DNA from: an uncultured Candidatus Rokubacteria bacterium
GTDB taxonomy: Bacteria; Methylomirabilota; Methylomirabilia; Rokubacteriales; DASRDR01
DNA length: 64,000 bases
Assembly (NCBI GenBank): GCA_963805625.1
Contig: CAWDVE010000010.1
Span: 1,120,001-1,184,000 of the forward strand
Reading direction: 5' to 3'
The notes under the pieces were generated by a model that did not search any database, was not told the DNA's origin, and saw nothing but the letters and a program-made list of their open reading frames with translations. This document shows positions 63,438-64,000 of the stretch, piece by piece; within the stretch, counting starts at the first letter, position 1; every line of letters begins with the position of its first letter. The position numbers and the translations under genes were made by a program.

Positions 63438-64000
63438 ATGAAGTTCGGCCTCATCGCGCAGATGCAGGCGCCGAAGCCGTGGCCCGAGGGCGAGAACGTC
63501 GACCATCGGATTCACTGGGACACGCTCGCCGAGGCGGTACTGGCCGAGGAGGCCGGCTTCGACTACTACTGGGCGACCGAGCATCACTTCTACGAGGAGA
63601 TCGCCCACAGCTCGGCGCCCGAGGTGTTCCTGGCGGCGCTGGCGGCCCGCACCTCCCGCATCCGCCTGGGGCACGGGGTGGTCGTGCTGCCGTGCAACCA
63701 TCCGGTTCGGGTCGCGGAGCGGGCGGCCACGCTCGACATTCTGTCCAACGGACGCGTCGACCTCGGCACGGGCCGGGGAGCGTCCTGGTACCACACCGAG
63801 GCATTCGGCGTCTCGATCGAGGAGTCGCGGGAGGTCTGGGACGAGGCTCTCCGGGTGATCTGCGGTCTCTTCGTCAACGACACCTTCCCGGGGCACAAGG
63901 GGCGTCACTACGAGGTCCCCGAGCGCAAGCTCGTGCCCAAGCCCGTCCAGCGGCCGCATCCCCCGCTCTGGGTGGCGGCGACGAGCCAGGCGACCTTCAC
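63438..64000 (+). CDS. LLM class flavin-dependent oxidoreductase (partial, runs off window)
   Basis: Manual translation: MKFGLIAQMQAPKPW...AGFDYYWATEHHF...SSAPEVFLAALAARTSRIRLGHGV...LSNGRVDLGTGRG. Confidence 0.9.
   Translation, partial: MKFGLIAQMQAPKPWPEGENVDHRIHWDTLAEAVLAEEAGFDYYWATEHHFYEEIAHSSAPEVFLAALAARTSRIRLGHGVVVLPCNHPVRVAERAATLDILSNGRVDLGTGRGASWYHTEAFGVSIEESREVWDEALRVICGLFVNDTFPGHKGRHYEVPERKLVPKPVQRPHPPLWVAATSQATF

Overview
High-GC bacterial chromosomal segment. Gene content and style suggest Ca. Rokubacteria / Methylomirabilota, but this is inference only. In order: 5' end of a molybdopterin oxidoreductase; a phnS2/phnT2-like ABC pair with no permease; a frameshifted EmrB-TetR-EmrA efflux locus; a UreD remnant; a wecE/GT-C/GNAT/GT2 aminosugar-decoration module; an RHH-MazF toxin-antitoxin pair; a minus-strand run (SDR, lipid kinase, GS-like, Nit, site-2 protease, degenerate RNase III, fabF-acpP-fabG-fabD-plsX-rpmF-yceD); htpX; a System I ccm cluster split by glgBC; ligA, GDH, pyk; a ~17 kb divergent hopanoid locus (ispH, two Zn-ADHs, hpnD, hpnA, Omp85, hpnG, hypothetical, hpnH, CruF-like | shc, mlaEFD, TolC, mlaC/hpnM, NTP transferase); and LLM oxidoreductases. 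The strongest discovery is a ~413 bp non-autonomous IS110/IS1111-type element at 49746-50161. It has lost almost all of its recombinase but keeps both sub-terminal IRs, the split circle-junction promoter and an apparently intact bridge RNA. The four guide segments of that RNA match its own donor junction and the stop-codon site in which it sits. Other notable patterns are repeated CTGA stop/start coupling, widespread leaderless promoter geometry, and candidate missing enzymes and a transport route for hopanoids.
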